This document shows positions 26,392 to 35,274 of a stretch of 54,810 nucleotides of DNA, piece by piece. The stretch lies in assembly GCA_040881785.1 (NCBI GenBank), contig JBBECO010000271.1, positions 1 to 54,810 on the forward strand. The letters run 5' to 3'. Position 1 is the stretch's first letter; the number at the start of each line of letters is the position of its first letter. The notes under the pieces were generated by a model. It did not search any database. It had not been told where the DNA came from and saw nothing but the letters and a program-made list of their open reading frames with translations. The DNA is from Vicinamibacterales bacterium (GTDB lineage: Bacteria > Acidobacteriota > Vicinamibacteria > Vicinamibacterales > 2-12-FULL-66-21). The translations under genes and the position numbers were made by a program.

Positions 26392-27209
26392 CAGGGGCGT
26401 TTCTTCTTCCAGGCGTCGTAACGCATCCGGAGCGTCTTGACGGGATTGGCGTCTTCCTTCGGCGTGATGTCACGGTCGGTCACGCTGATGTACATGTCGT
26501 ACTGGCCGTCGTTGTACGACTCGCCCGGCGTGTCGGTCTCGAGCGCCTGCAGGATGTAGGCGACGTGGGCGGTCTTGGCCGAACACGGCGCGTCGATCTT
26601 CGGCTCGCGCTCGCAGGAGCAGCGCTTGTCGCCCCCTTTCGCATCAGCGGCTTCCATGGCGGCCATCACGCGATCGGTCAGCTCGCCGCGGGCCGCGGCA
26701 AACGCCTCGATCGCATCGGTGACCACCGCGTCGCTGGCGAGGATGTTTCCCTGGATCGAGTAATAGATCTGCGTGCCGGCCACCTGCCCCTGCCGGTCGA
26801 GCGACACCGCCTGGTTGCCCGTCCCGGAAAAGCCGGCCATCCGTCCCTGGCGATCGACGATCGCGAACTGCCGGCCGGCGAGCTGCGGGTCCTCTTTCAA
26901 CAGGCTCAGAATCTGTTCGGGCGCGGTGCCTTTCTGCAGCTCCGCGTAGATCAGCCGCTGGTTGGCGCGCGTCCTGTCCACCGCCGCCTGGGCGGCGGCC
27001 ACGCCCTTCCCGGGTACGACGATCGCCTGGACGTCGCGCAGGTCTTTCGCGGGAAAGCGCTCGAAGTTCTGTTGCGCCACGCAGGTGGCCGACGCGATGA
27101 CCACCCGGCCCGTGGCGCGATCGACCGCAATCACCGACCAGGTGGCCGACGCGGTCTGCGCCACCAGCAGGAACGCCGCCAGAAAGAGGGGAGTGCGAAA
27201 ACGGCTCAT
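26391..27209 (-). CDS. DUF1028-family (Ntn-hydrolase-like) exported protein
   Basis: Signal peptide, then TWSVIAVDRATG (family-typical T(F/W)S(I/V) N-terminal nucleophile region) and GGDKR near the C-terminal part. Its stop overlaps the aroC start by 1 nt. Confidence 0.7.
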   Translation of the reverse strand: MSRFRTPLFLAAFLLVAQTASATWSVIAVDRATGRVVIASATCVAQQNFERFPAKDLRDVQAIVVPGKGVAAAQAAVDRTRANQRLIYAELQKGTAPEQILSLLKEDPQLAGRQFAIVDRQGRMAGFSGTGNQAVSLDRQGQVAGTQIYYSIQGNILASDAVVTDAIEAFAAARGELTDRVMAAMEAADAKGGDKRCSCEREPKIDAPCSAKTAHVAYILQALETDTPGESYNDGQYDMYISVTDRDITPKEDANPVKTLRMRYDAWKKKRP

Positions 27210-27218
27210 TGAGCCCAG

Positions 27219-27224
27219 ATTGTA
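27219..27224 (-). promoter_or_regulatory. Candidate -10 box (TACAAT on the minus strand), 9 nt upstream of the ATG at 27209
   Basis: The minus strand reads CGTATACAATCTGGGCTCAATG. No Shine-Dalgarno. This would drive the 11-gene minus-strand string. Confidence 0.35.
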
Positions 27225-27331
27225 TACGAAGAAACTGCAACGTCCCGGAGGGGTTCGTCGCGTTTCAGGCCTGAAAACGCGTCACGCCCCGCGGTTGCCC
27301 GCTTGCACTTGACCGGATCGGGGGTGCCGCG

Positions 27332-30300
27332 ATGCAATGGATCGGTGACCGCTTCTTCAACGCGCACGGTGCGTGGATCGATGCCGCCACGGGCCGGCCC
27401 GTTCGCCTGCATGTCGGCGCGTCGGGCGAGGGACACGATCTCGACTGGGATGAGCAGTGCGCGCGGCTCGCCAATCTGCGGCATCCGCTGCTGAACCCGC
27501 TGCTCGACTACGGGGCCGCGACGGCCGGCACCCGCTTCGAGGCCTACGCGCACGGGGGAGCCGCGGCGACGCCCGGAGACTCCGCCGAAGCGGCGCTGGA
27601 GCACGTGGCGCAGTTCGTGCGCGCGGCCGGCATCGCGATGCCGCCGCCCCGGTCCGCGTGTGCCATGCGGGCGGTGACCGCGGCACGCGACGGCTGCGCG
27701 CGTCTCGTCGGGCTCACCTTGCAGGGGCGGCCGGCGCTCGAGGCGGTCGAGGAAGCCCTCGACGCGATGGCGCCCGCCGGCCCGGCCCTGGTCCATGTGA
27801 CCGGCGCCGAGGGCGCAGGGCTTCAGACCCTGCGGATGCTGACGGCCCGCTCCGCCCGCATCCGCGGGTTCATCCCCGTGTCGCCGTCCGCGATCGCGCG
27901 TTTCCCAGCGATCCTCGATGCCCTGCGCGATCGCCACGTCTGCATCCTGGATGATGGTGAGGATCCTGCGCGGTCCGCGGCAGGCGTCGCGCGACTGATC
28001 GCCGCGCTCGCGGACTGCAGCGCCCGCCGTCATGTCGTCGTCCGCTTTCATCGTCAGCCCTGCCGGGTGGCTGGCGGGATCGAGCTCGAGCCGCTGCCGT
28101 TGCGAGCGCTGGTCGGGATGGTCTTCCTCCCGGCCGGCGCGGCTCACGGTACCCCGCCTGGCGGTCTCCGCCCCCTCACGGAGGCGGAACTGTTCGAGGC
28201 GGCGCGGCACGCCGGAGGCTTGCCGGGGATCTTTCTGTCGCGCCTGCGCGGTGACTATCCCGCGCCGTCGCGGCCGATGGTGGTGCACGAGACCTCGCCG
28301 CGGTATGTGGTGGAGGCGCCGGCGGCGATCCTGCCGCCGGTGGTCGGCGGCCGCGTGCTCGGATCGGCACTTCGCGCTGTGCCGCGCGCAGCGGCGCTCG
28401 CACGCGCCGGACGGCATGGCGCTGCCGCGCGGGTACTGACGCGGGGCCTGCGCGTCCTGCAGGGACGTGACCGAAGACGCGAGGCGGCCGAATGCGCGCT
28501 GCAACTCGGCTGGCTGGCACTTCACCGCGGCGATCCGGGAGGTGCCGCGCCGCATTTCGCGGCGGCGCGGGACCTGGCCGGCGATTCCGCCCGTGCCGTG
28601 CTCGGCAGCGTCGGCCTCGGGGTGGCGCTGACCGACGAGCACCGGTTGCTCGAAGCCGAGGCGGCCCTGCGCGGCGCGCTGGCGTCGGCCGCCACGCTGC
28701 AGGATCCCGAGGCGCACACGGCGGCTGCCGCCGCGCTGACGCGCTGCCTGTACTGGCAGCGCCGGTGGCACGACGGGATCGCGACGGCGGAGCGGCATCC
28801 TGCGGCGGCGGCTTCAGATGCCTCGCGCGCCCGGCTCGTCGCGGCACACGCCCGATGCCTGGCGCGCGCGGGCCGGACGGCGCGGGCCGTGACGCTGGCC
28901 CGCGAAGCGCAGTCGCTGGCCGGTACGGCCGCCGATTCGGCGACGCTCGCGTCTGCGGAGCTCGCGCTTGCCGAGGCCCTGAGGCTGGCAGGCGACGTCG
29001 AAGGCGCGCGCGTGTCGCTCACACGCACGGATCGCCTGGCGCGAGCCGCGCATCTGCCCCTCATGCGGGCGCGGGCGCTGCTGCTGCAACCGTCCGCGGT
29101 CACGCGCGATCCCGCCCGCGCGCTGCGCGCGCTCGCCCGTGTTCGGCTGCCGCCGCTGCTGGCCGCGCGAGTCCGCGAGGCGCTCGCAACCCCCGGGTCC
29201 GGCACGGCCCTGAGACTCGAACCGGTCGCGCAGCTCGAGTCACTGCTCGATCTGTCGCAGAAAGCGTCCGATGACGAGGGGGCGCTCGGGCGCGTGGCCG
29301 CCGAGGTCCTGGCGCGCCTCGGGGCGGCCGCGGTCGCGGTTGTCTCCGCCGACGAGCGTGTGCTGAGCCTCGAAGGGCGGGCGTGGCCGGGGGTCCCGCG
29401 CGCCGTCAGGCAGGCTCTGGCGTGCGGGCAGGCGGTCCCGCCGGAGTGCCGCCGCGAGCCGCAGGACGCCGCGGAGCCGGTACGGTTCGGCGGGGACGTG
29501 ATCGCCGTGCTTGGCTGCCGCTGGACGGCGGGGGCCGCGATCGATCTCGAAGGGACGGCCGTGCTGCTGCGTGCCGCGGCGCTCTCGATCGCGCCGCACG
29601 TGCGGGCGATCCTCGACCGCCGCGTCCCCGAGCCTCCGGCCGCCTGGGCGGACCTTCTCGGCGAGAGCGCCGCCGCCGTCGCGCTGCGAGAGGCGGTCCT
29701 GCGCGCGGCGCGCGCGCCTTTCCCGGTACTGGTCGAAGGGGAGAGCGGCTGCGGCAAGGAGCTCGTCGCGAGAGCCATGCACCGCCTCGGGCCGCGACGC
29801 ACCCGGCGCTTCTGCGCGCTCAACTGCGCCGCGCTGACCGACGACCTGGTCGAGGCCGAGCTCTTTGGTCACACGCGCGGCGCGTTTACCGGCGCCGCGA
29901 CCGAACGGGCCGGACTCTTCGAAGAAGCCGACGGCGGCACCCTGCTGCTCGACGAAGTGGGGGAGCTGTCGCCCCGGGCCCAGGCAAAGCTGCTGCGCGT
30001 GCTGCAGGAGGGGGAAGTGCGCCGGGTCGGCGAGAACATGCCCCGCCACGTCGACGTCCGCGTCGTCGCGGCCACGAACCGGAATCTCGCCGACGAAGTG
30101 CACGCGGGCCGGTTCCGCACCGATCTGCGCTTCCGCCTCGACGTCGTGCGCATCGCCGTACCGCCCCTGCGGGAGCGCGCATCCGACGTGCCGCTGCTGG
30201 CGGCGCACTTCTGGCGTGACGCCGCCGCGCGCGTCGGGTCGCAGGCGACCCTCTCGGCGGAAGCGCTCGCGGCGCTCGCGCGGTACGACTGGCCGGGGAA

Positions 30301-30568
30301 CGTTCGCGAGCTGCAGAACGTCATCGCGTGGATCGCGGTGCAATCGCCGCGGCGGGGCCGGATCGGGCCCTCTGCGCTGCCGCGGCACGTGGCGCAGGCC
30401 GCGATCAGCACGCCATGTACCTTCGAGGCCGCGCGCGAGGAGTTCGAGCGCCGGTTCATCCGTGCGGCGCTGGCGGGCGCCGGCGGCCAGCGCGCCCGCG
30501 CGGCCGAGGCCATCGGCGTGAGCCGTCAGGGACTGTCGAAGATGATGCGGCGCCTGCGAATATCGTAG
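27332..30568 (+). CDS. Sigma54-dependent transcriptional activator (bEBP) with a roughly 720-aa N-terminal sensory extension (degenerate P-loop / TPR-like / GAF-like)
   Basis: C-terminal third: Walker [15 protein letters not shown] sigma54-contact loop, Walker [10 protein letters not shown]-finger region, Fis-type [22 protein letters not shown]. See the findings for the N-terminal region. Confidence 0.9.
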   Translation: MQWIGDRFFNAHGAWIDAATGRPVRLHVGASGEGHDLDWDEQCARLANLRHPLLNPLLDYGAATAGTRFEAYAHGGAAATPGDSAEAALEHVAQFVRAAGIAMPPPRSACAMRAVTAARDGCARLVGLTLQGRPALEAVEEALDAMAPAGPALVHVTGAEGAGLQTLRMLTARSARIRGFIPVSPSAIARFPAILDALRDRHVCILDDGEDPARSAAGVARLIAALADCSARRHVVVRFHRQPCRVAGGIELEPLPLRALVGMVFLPAGAAHGTPPGGLRPLTEAELFEAARHAGGLPGIFLSRLRGDYPAPSRPMVVHETSPRYVVEAPAAILPPVVGGRVLGSALRAVPRAAALARAGRHGAAARVLTRGLRVLQGRDRRREAAECALQLGWLALHRGDPGGAAPHFAAARDLAGDSARAVLGSVGLGVALTDEHRLLEAEAALRGALASAATLQDPEAHTAAAAALTRCLYWQRRWHDGIATAERHPAAAASDASRARLVAAHARCLARAGRTARAVTLAREAQSLAGTAADSATLASAELALAEALRLAGDVEGARVSLTRTDRLARAAHLPLMRARALLLQPSAVTRDPARALRALARVRLPPLLAARVREALATPGSGTALRLEPVAQLESLLDLSQKASDDEGALGRVAAEVLARLGAAAVAVVSADERVLSLEGRAWPGVPRAVRQALACGQAVPPECRREPQDAAEPVRFGGDVIAVLGCRWTAGAAIDLEGTAVLLRAAALSIAPHVRAILDRRVPEPPAAWADLLGESAAAVALREAVLRAARAPFPVLVEGESGCGKELVARAMHRLGPRRTRRFCALNCAALTDDLVEAELFGHTRGAFTGAATERAGLFEEADGGTLLLDEVGELSPRAQAKLLRVLQEGEVRRVGENMPRHVDVRVVAATNRNLADEVHAGRFRTDLRFRLDVVRIAVPPLRERASDVPLLAAHFWRDAAARVGSQATLSAEALAALARYDWPGNVRELQNVIAWIAVQSPRRGRIGPSALPRHVAQAAISTPCTFEAAREEFERRFIRAALAGAGGQRARAAEAIGVSRQGLSKMMRRLRIS

Positions 30569-30591
30569 GGGCGGGGTATTCTCATGGGCGA

Positions 30592-31512
30592 ATGGCCCGT
30601 TACCTGGTCCGACGGCTGCTGCTGACCATCCCGGTGCTGCTCGGGGTCGCCACGCTCGTGTTTGCGCTGATTCATCTGGTGCCTGGCGATCCCGCGCAGG
30701 CGATGCTCGGGGAAGGGGCATCGCAGGAAGAGGTGCAGCGCCTGCGCACCTCGCTCGGCCTCGACCGCCCGCTGCTTGCGCAGTACACGGCCTTTCTCAG
30801 CGGGCTCGTGCGGGGAGACCTCGGCACGTCGTTCCGCTACAACACGCCGGTCACCACGCAGATCACGGCGCGGCTCGGTAACACGGCGAAGCTGGCGCTG
30901 GCGGCCATGGCGGTGGCGATCCTCTTCGCGATCCCGCTGGGGATCATCGCGGCGGTCTTCCAGGGGCGCGCGCCGGACCACGCCGCCATGACGCTCGCCC
31001 TCGCCGGCATCTCGATGCCGAACTTCTGGTTGGGGCCCCTCCTCGCGATCCTGTTCGCGGTGTACCTGGGCTGGCTGCCGGTGTCGGGCACCGGGTCGCT
31101 CGCCCACCTGGTGCTGCCGGCCGTAACGCTCGGCGCGGCGCTCTCGGCGATCCTGGCGCGCATGACGCGCGCCAGCCTGCTCGAGGAGCTGCGGGAGCTC
31201 TACGTGCTGGCCGCCCGCGCGCGGGGGCTGTCCGGCGCCCGCGCCGTCCTGCGCCATGCGTTCCGCAACAGCCTGATTCCGGTGGTCACGATCATCGGCC
31301 TGCAGTTCGGTGCCGTCCTCACCGGCACGATCATCACCGAGACGATCTTCGCGTGGCCGGGCCTCGGCCGCCTGCTGATCCAGGCGATCAACTTCCGCGA
31401 CTATCCGCTCGTGCAGGGCTGCATTCTGTTCATCTCGGTGACCTACGTCGTGATGAACCTGCTCACCGACCTCACCTACGGGCTGCTCGATCCGCGGATC
31501 CGCTACGAATGA
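30592..31512 (+). CDS. ABC transporter permease (Dpp/Opp B-type)
   Basis: MARYLVRRLLLTIPVLLGVATLVFALIHLVPGDP is the typical OppB/DppB N-terminus. EAA-like loop. The ORF-track start at 30328 overlaps the bEBP gene and is rejected. Confidence 0.85.
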   Translation: MARYLVRRLLLTIPVLLGVATLVFALIHLVPGDPAQAMLGEGASQEEVQRLRTSLGLDRPLLAQYTAFLSGLVRGDLGTSFRYNTPVTTQITARLGNTAKLALAAMAVAILFAIPLGIIAAVFQGRAPDHAAMTLALAGISMPNFWLGPLLAILFAVYLGWLPVSGTGSLAHLVLPAVTLGAALSAILARMTRASLLEELRELYVLAARARGLSGARAVLRHAFRNSLIPVVTIIGLQFGAVLTGTIITETIFAWPGLGRLLIQAINFRDYPLVQGCILFISVTYVVMNLLTDLTYGLLDPRIRYE

Positions 31513-32306
31513 TGGTCAAGGCCGGCGGTGTCATCGTGGCGCTGGCGATCGCGCTCGCCCTTGTCGGGCCCGCACTCTCGCCCTACGATCCATCGCACCA
31601 GGACCTCCCGCGCCGGCTGGAGGGGCCCAGCCTTCAGCATCCGTTCGGTCTCGACGAGCTCGGGCGTGACATTCTCACGCGGATCGCCGCGGGGGCGCGG
31701 ATCTCACTGCTCGTCGGACTCGCGGTCGTCTCCGTGTCGTCGCTCGCCGGGATGTTCTTCGGCTCGATCGCCGGCTACTTCGGCGGGCGCGTGGACGACG
31801 TGATCAGCCGGGTGATCGATGTGCTGATGGCGTTCCCGGGGATTCTGCTGGCTATCGCGCTGGTGGCCGTCCTGGGGCCCAGTCTGGTGAACGTCGTTTT
31901 GGCGCTCTCGGTGATCGGGTGGGTCGGCTACGCCCGGCTCGTGCGGGGCCAGGCGCTGCGCGCCCGGGAGTTCGAGTTCGTGCAGGCGGCGCGTGCGCTC
32001 GGCGCGGGCTCGCCCCGCATCGTGCTGCGGCACGTACTGCCCACGGCCCTCCCGTCAGTGGTCGTGCAGGCGACGCTCGGCATGGCGGGGGCGATCATCG
32101 CCGAGGCGTCGCTGAGTTTCCTGGGCCTGGGCGTCCAGCCGCCGACGCCGAGCTGGGGCACGATGCTCGATGCCGGGCGCGCCCACCTCTTCGATGCGCC
32201 GCACCTGACGATCTTTCCTGGCAGCGCGATCGCGCTGCTCGTGCTCGGCTTCAACTTCCTGGGGGACGGATTGCGGGATCGCGTCGACCCGAAGATGCAG
32301 CGCTGA
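31509..32306 (+). CDS. ABC transporter permease (Dpp/Opp C-type)
   Basis: HPFGLDELGRDILTRI is the typical OppC/DppC N-terminal motif. ATGA overlap with the upstream gene. Confidence 0.85.
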   Translation: MMVKAGGVIVALAIALALVGPALSPYDPSHQDLPRRLEGPSLQHPFGLDELGRDILTRIAAGARISLLVGLAVVSVSSLAGMFFGSIAGYFGGRVDDVISRVIDVLMAFPGILLAIALVAVLGPSLVNVVLALSVIGWVGYARLVRGQALRAREFEFVQAARALGAGSPRIVLRHVLPTALPSVVVQATLGMAGAIIAEASLSFLGLGVQPPTPSWGTMLDAGRAHLFDAPHLTIFPGSAIALLVLGFNFLGDGLRDRVDPKMQR

Positions 32307-32340
32307 CCCCTGTCACGCCTCACGCCCCGACGGGGCCCGT

Positions 32341-32447
32341 CACCAAGGGCACCAAGACCACGAAGAGCACCAAGAAGAACACTAATAAATTGGTTTCTTC
32401 TTTTGGTTTTCTTCTTTGAGTTCTTGGTGGCCTTGGTGTGCTTCGCG
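32341..32447. repeat. Inverted arrays of a 9-bp periodic repeat (CACCAAGNN)n flanking an AT-rich centre
   Basis: Left array CACCAAGGG CACCAAGAC CACGAAGAG CACCAAGAA (32341-32376). Right array in the opposite orientation TTCTTGGTG GCCTTGGTG TGCTTCGCG (32421-32447). T-rich periodic centre at 32391-32420. Lies between convergent genes. Confidence 0.75.
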
Positions 32448-32496
32448 ACAGGAGCCGTCGGCCCGTGCAGCGTGACGGGAGAAATTGTTCGTCGTG

Positions 32497-33789
32497 TTAC
32501 CGCAAGCGCCCCTTCAACCCCAGCGCAAGCCGGTTCGTGGGGTCCTTCGCAAGCGCTCCTTCGATCGAACGCCGCGCGCTCTCCATGTCGCCGCGGCGCA
32601 TGTGCGCTTCGCCGACCCGCGCGAGGATCGATGCACTGAGCGTCTCCGTGCGCACGAGCGCGGCATAGTCGAGCAGGGCGCGCTGGGCGACCTGCAGCTG
32701 CCCGCGGCGCTCGGCGGCTTCCGAGAGCACCCGGAACGCCTCCGGATCCACGGGGAACTGCGCGGCCGCCCGCTCCAGCACCTCCTGCGCGCGGGGCAGG
32801 TCGCCAGCGAGCAGCAGCGCGCGCCCAAACAGCGTGAGCGCCTCGCTGTTGCTGTCGCTCCCGACGGCGCCTTGCAGGGCTTCGAGCGCCTTGCCGAGCT
32901 CGACCCGGCCTCCACGGGCGGCGCGTTCGAGCCAGACGCGTCCGACCGCGACGTAGGTATCCCGGTCATCCGGGTATCGCTGGACGGCGTGGCTCAACTG
33001 GCCCACGGCCCGATCCAGCTGTCCGGCCCGGGCATAGCCCAGCCCGAGCGCCCGCTCGCGCGCGGCGCCAGGCTGCAGCGCCACCAGCGCTTCGAGATGG
33101 GTGAGGCGCGCCTCGTGCCGGCCGAGCGCCGCGTAGAAATCGGCCAGTTCCTCCCGCGCCGGCAGCAGCATCGGCGCCAGTGACACCGCCCGCTCGAGCG
33201 ACGCGATCGCCTCGTCGGTCCGCTGATCCGCGCGAAGGCAGACACCCAGCGCGTAGTGCGCTTCGGCGAACCGTGGATCGAGGTGAATCGCCTGCCGCAG
33301 CGCGGGGATCGCGGCCGGCAATTGTCCGGCGCGGTAGGACGCCAGGCCGAGCTTGTACTGCGCGCGCGCCGACCGGTCGTCCAACTCCACGTATTCCCGG
33401 TACCGCTCGACCGCCCGAAGAAAGAGGGGGGGCGCCCACGACCCGTCGGTGAGCGCCCGGGCGTAATGGACGTCCCCGAGTAGTTCGCGCGGATGGGTGG
33501 CGAGGGGATCCAGCTCCGCGGCCTGCCGGAGGTCGCGGAGCGCCTCGTCGAACTGATTGCGCCGGCGGTAGGCCTCACCCCGTTTCAGGTGGGCGGCCAT
33601 CGAATCGGGATTCTTGTCGATCGCGACGCTGAAGGCCTCGATGGCCGCGTAGGTGTCGTCACGGGCCAGGGCGGCATCGCCGCGCTCGATGAACTCCCGG
33701 TACGAGGCCTCCCGGCGCGTGACCGCGAGGCCATACGCGAGGCCGGCGGCCAGCGCCGCCAGCAATCCGAGGGCGAACAACCGTTTCAC
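32497..33789 (-). CDS. Tetratricopeptide repeat protein with an N-terminal membrane anchor
   Basis: Multiple TPR units (A...F..AI..(D/N)P....A...(R/L)G.(A/C)Y). Preferred GTG start at 33789, 9 nt after AGGA (VKRLFALGLLAALAAGLAYGLAV). The ORF-track start at 33912 would overlap the sigma gene start. Confidence 0.8.
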   Translation of the reverse strand: MKRLFALGLLAALAAGLAYGLAVTRREASYREFIERGDAALARDDTYAAIEAFSVAIDKNPDSMAAHLKRGEAYRRRNQFDEALRDLRQAAELDPLATHPRELLGDVHYARALTDGSWAPPLFLRAVERYREYVELDDRSARAQYKLGLASYRAGQLPAAIPALRQAIHLDPRFAEAHYALGVCLRADQRTDEAIASLERAVSLAPMLLPAREELADFYAALGRHEARLTHLEALVALQPGAARERALGLGYARAGQLDRAVGQLSHAVQRYPDDRDTYVAVGRVWLERAARGGRVELGKALEALQGAVGSDSNSEALTLFGRALLLAGDLPRAQEVLERAAAQFPVDPEAFRVLSEAAERRGQLQVAQRALLDYAALVRTETLSASILARVGEAHMRRGDMESARRSIEGALAKDPTNRLALGLKGRLR

Positions 33790-33814
33790 GCTCAAAATCC
33801 TAGCATTTCCGGGT

Positions 33815-33842
33815 GGAACCTTTACCACTTCCCGGTTTCTAA
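33815..33842 (+). promoter_or_regulatory. Candidate ECF-type autoregulatory promoter (GGAACCT-N16-TCTAA)
   Basis: GGAAC at 33815-33819 and TCTAA at 33838-33842, about 43 nt upstream of the ECF sigma ATG. Resembles the RpoE-like GGAACTT-N16-TCTRA consensus. Confidence 0.4.
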
Positions 33843-33884
33843 GTAGGAAGGGCAGCGCGGCCCCGGGCCGCTTCGGGTGGTAAC

Positions 33885-34502
33885 ATGGCTGAAGGTTTAT
33901 CCGTGAAGCCAATTCCCTCCATTACCTGGACGGAGGTCGGTGGCCGTGAGGCGGCGCTCATCCAGCGCTGTGCCGCGCGCGACGAGGACGCGTGCGCGGA
34001 ACTGGTCAGCGAGCATCAGCGGATGGTCTACCAGCTCTCCCTGAACCTGCTCGGCGACCACAACGAAGCGCTCGATCTCTCGCAGGAGGTGTTTCTGCGG
34101 GTGTTTCGCACCATTCACACCTTCCGCGGCGCCTCGCAGCTGCGCACCTGGATCTATCGCATCGTCGTCAACCAGGCGCGGAACCGTCAGCGGTGGTGGC
34201 GGCGGCGGCACAAGGCCCAGCAGGTGTCGCTCGATCAGCACATTCTCGAGCACGGGGAGCTGCCCGAAGCCGGCAACGGCGGGTCGCCCGACCGTGTGCT
34301 GGGGCAGAAGCAGCTGGCCGAACGGATCAGCGCCGCACTCGATCATCTGCCATTCGATCAGAAGACCGCGCTCGTGCTGCGCGAGATCGACGGTCTCAGC
34401 TACGAAGAGATCGGCTTCTCGCTGGGGATCGCCGTGGGCACCGTGAAATCACGACTGGCGCGCGCGCGCGAGGCGCTTCGCGGCCAGCTGAGGGACGCAT
34501 GA
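33885..34502 (+). CDS. ECF-subfamily RNA polymerase sigma factor
   Basis: Region 2 (DLSQEVFLRVFRTIHTFRG.SQLRTWIYRIVVNQARN) and region 4 (ALVLREIDGLSYEEIGFSLGIAVGTVKSRLARAREAL). Confidence 0.9.
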   Translation: MAEGLSVKPIPSITWTEVGGREAALIQRCAARDEDACAELVSEHQRMVYQLSLNLLGDHNEALDLSQEVFLRVFRTIHTFRGASQLRTWIYRIVVNQARNRQRWWRRRHKAQQVSLDQHILEHGELPEAGNGGSPDRVLGQKQLAERISAALDHLPFDQKTALVLREIDGLSYEEIGFSLGIAVGTVKSRLARAREALRGQLRDA

Positions 34503-35266
34503 CACTGATGACCTGTTCGTCGGTTCGGCGGCGCCTCAACGCGTTTTGCGATCGGGAACTGCCCGTTCGCGAATTGATCGCCATCGAACACCATGTGGGG
34601 TCCTGTCCCCCCTGCGCCCGGGAACTGCGTGAGATCCGCGCCGTCGGCGACGGCCTGCGCCTGGCCGCGGCGCCGGGTCCCGCCGATGACTGGACCGGCC
34701 TCCAGCCGGGCGTCATCAGCCGCATGCGCGCCGAACAGCACGCGTCGTTCGCCGCGCGCGCGCAGCGCGTGATCGACGATGTGCACCTGGTGTGGATCGG
34801 ACTGGCGTCGGCGGCCGCCACACTGGTACTCGCGGGATCGATCCTGAGCATCGTGCACTCGGCGCCTGGCCGCAGCGACTCGCTGGCCGCGATGTTCGCG
34901 ATGATGGGGGCTGAAGCCGGCTCCGATCTGAATCCGGCGTCGCTCGACGGCCGCGGGCTCAACCTCGGGCCCACTCCGGTACTGGTGCCGACCGTGCCCG
35001 AATACGGCGTTGTCTACGCGACGCTGCTGGAGCGCTCCACGCTGCGTGACGACGTCATCGTGCCGTTCTCGGCGCGGGTGACGAAGGAAGGCCGCGTCGA
35101 AGGCATCCAGATGCTGGGCGGGGACGTCGGCGCGCAGGAGATCCAGGACATCGTGGACGCGCTCTCCCGCGGACGGCTCGAGCCGGCTCAGTACGGCGGC
35201 GCCCCCGTCGCCGTGAACCTGGTGTGGCTCCTCGCCAACACCACGGTGAAACCAGGCAAGACGTAG
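34499..35266 (+). CDS. Anti-sigma factor (zf-HC2) with one TM segment and a TonB_C-like periplasmic domain
   Basis: ATGA overlap with the sigma gene. HHVGSCPPCARE zinc-finger motif. TM segment VWIGLASAAATLVLAGSIL. The C-terminus VIVPFSARVTKEGRVEGIQML....LEPAQYGGAPVAVNLVW resembles TonB C-terminal domains. Confidence 0.8.
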   Translation: MTLMTCSSVRRRLNAFCDRELPVRELIAIEHHVGSCPPCARELREIRAVGDGLRLAAAPGPADDWTGLQPGVISRMRAEQHASFAARAQRVIDDVHLVWIGLASAAATLVLAGSILSIVHSAPGRSDSLAAMFAMMGAEAGSDLNPASLDGRGLNLGPTPVLVPTVPEYGVVYATLLERSTLRDDVIVPFSARVTKEGRVEGIQMLGGDVGAQEIQDIVDALSRGRLEPAQYGGAPVAVNLVWLLANTTVKPGKT

Positions 35267-35274
35267 GGAACTTA

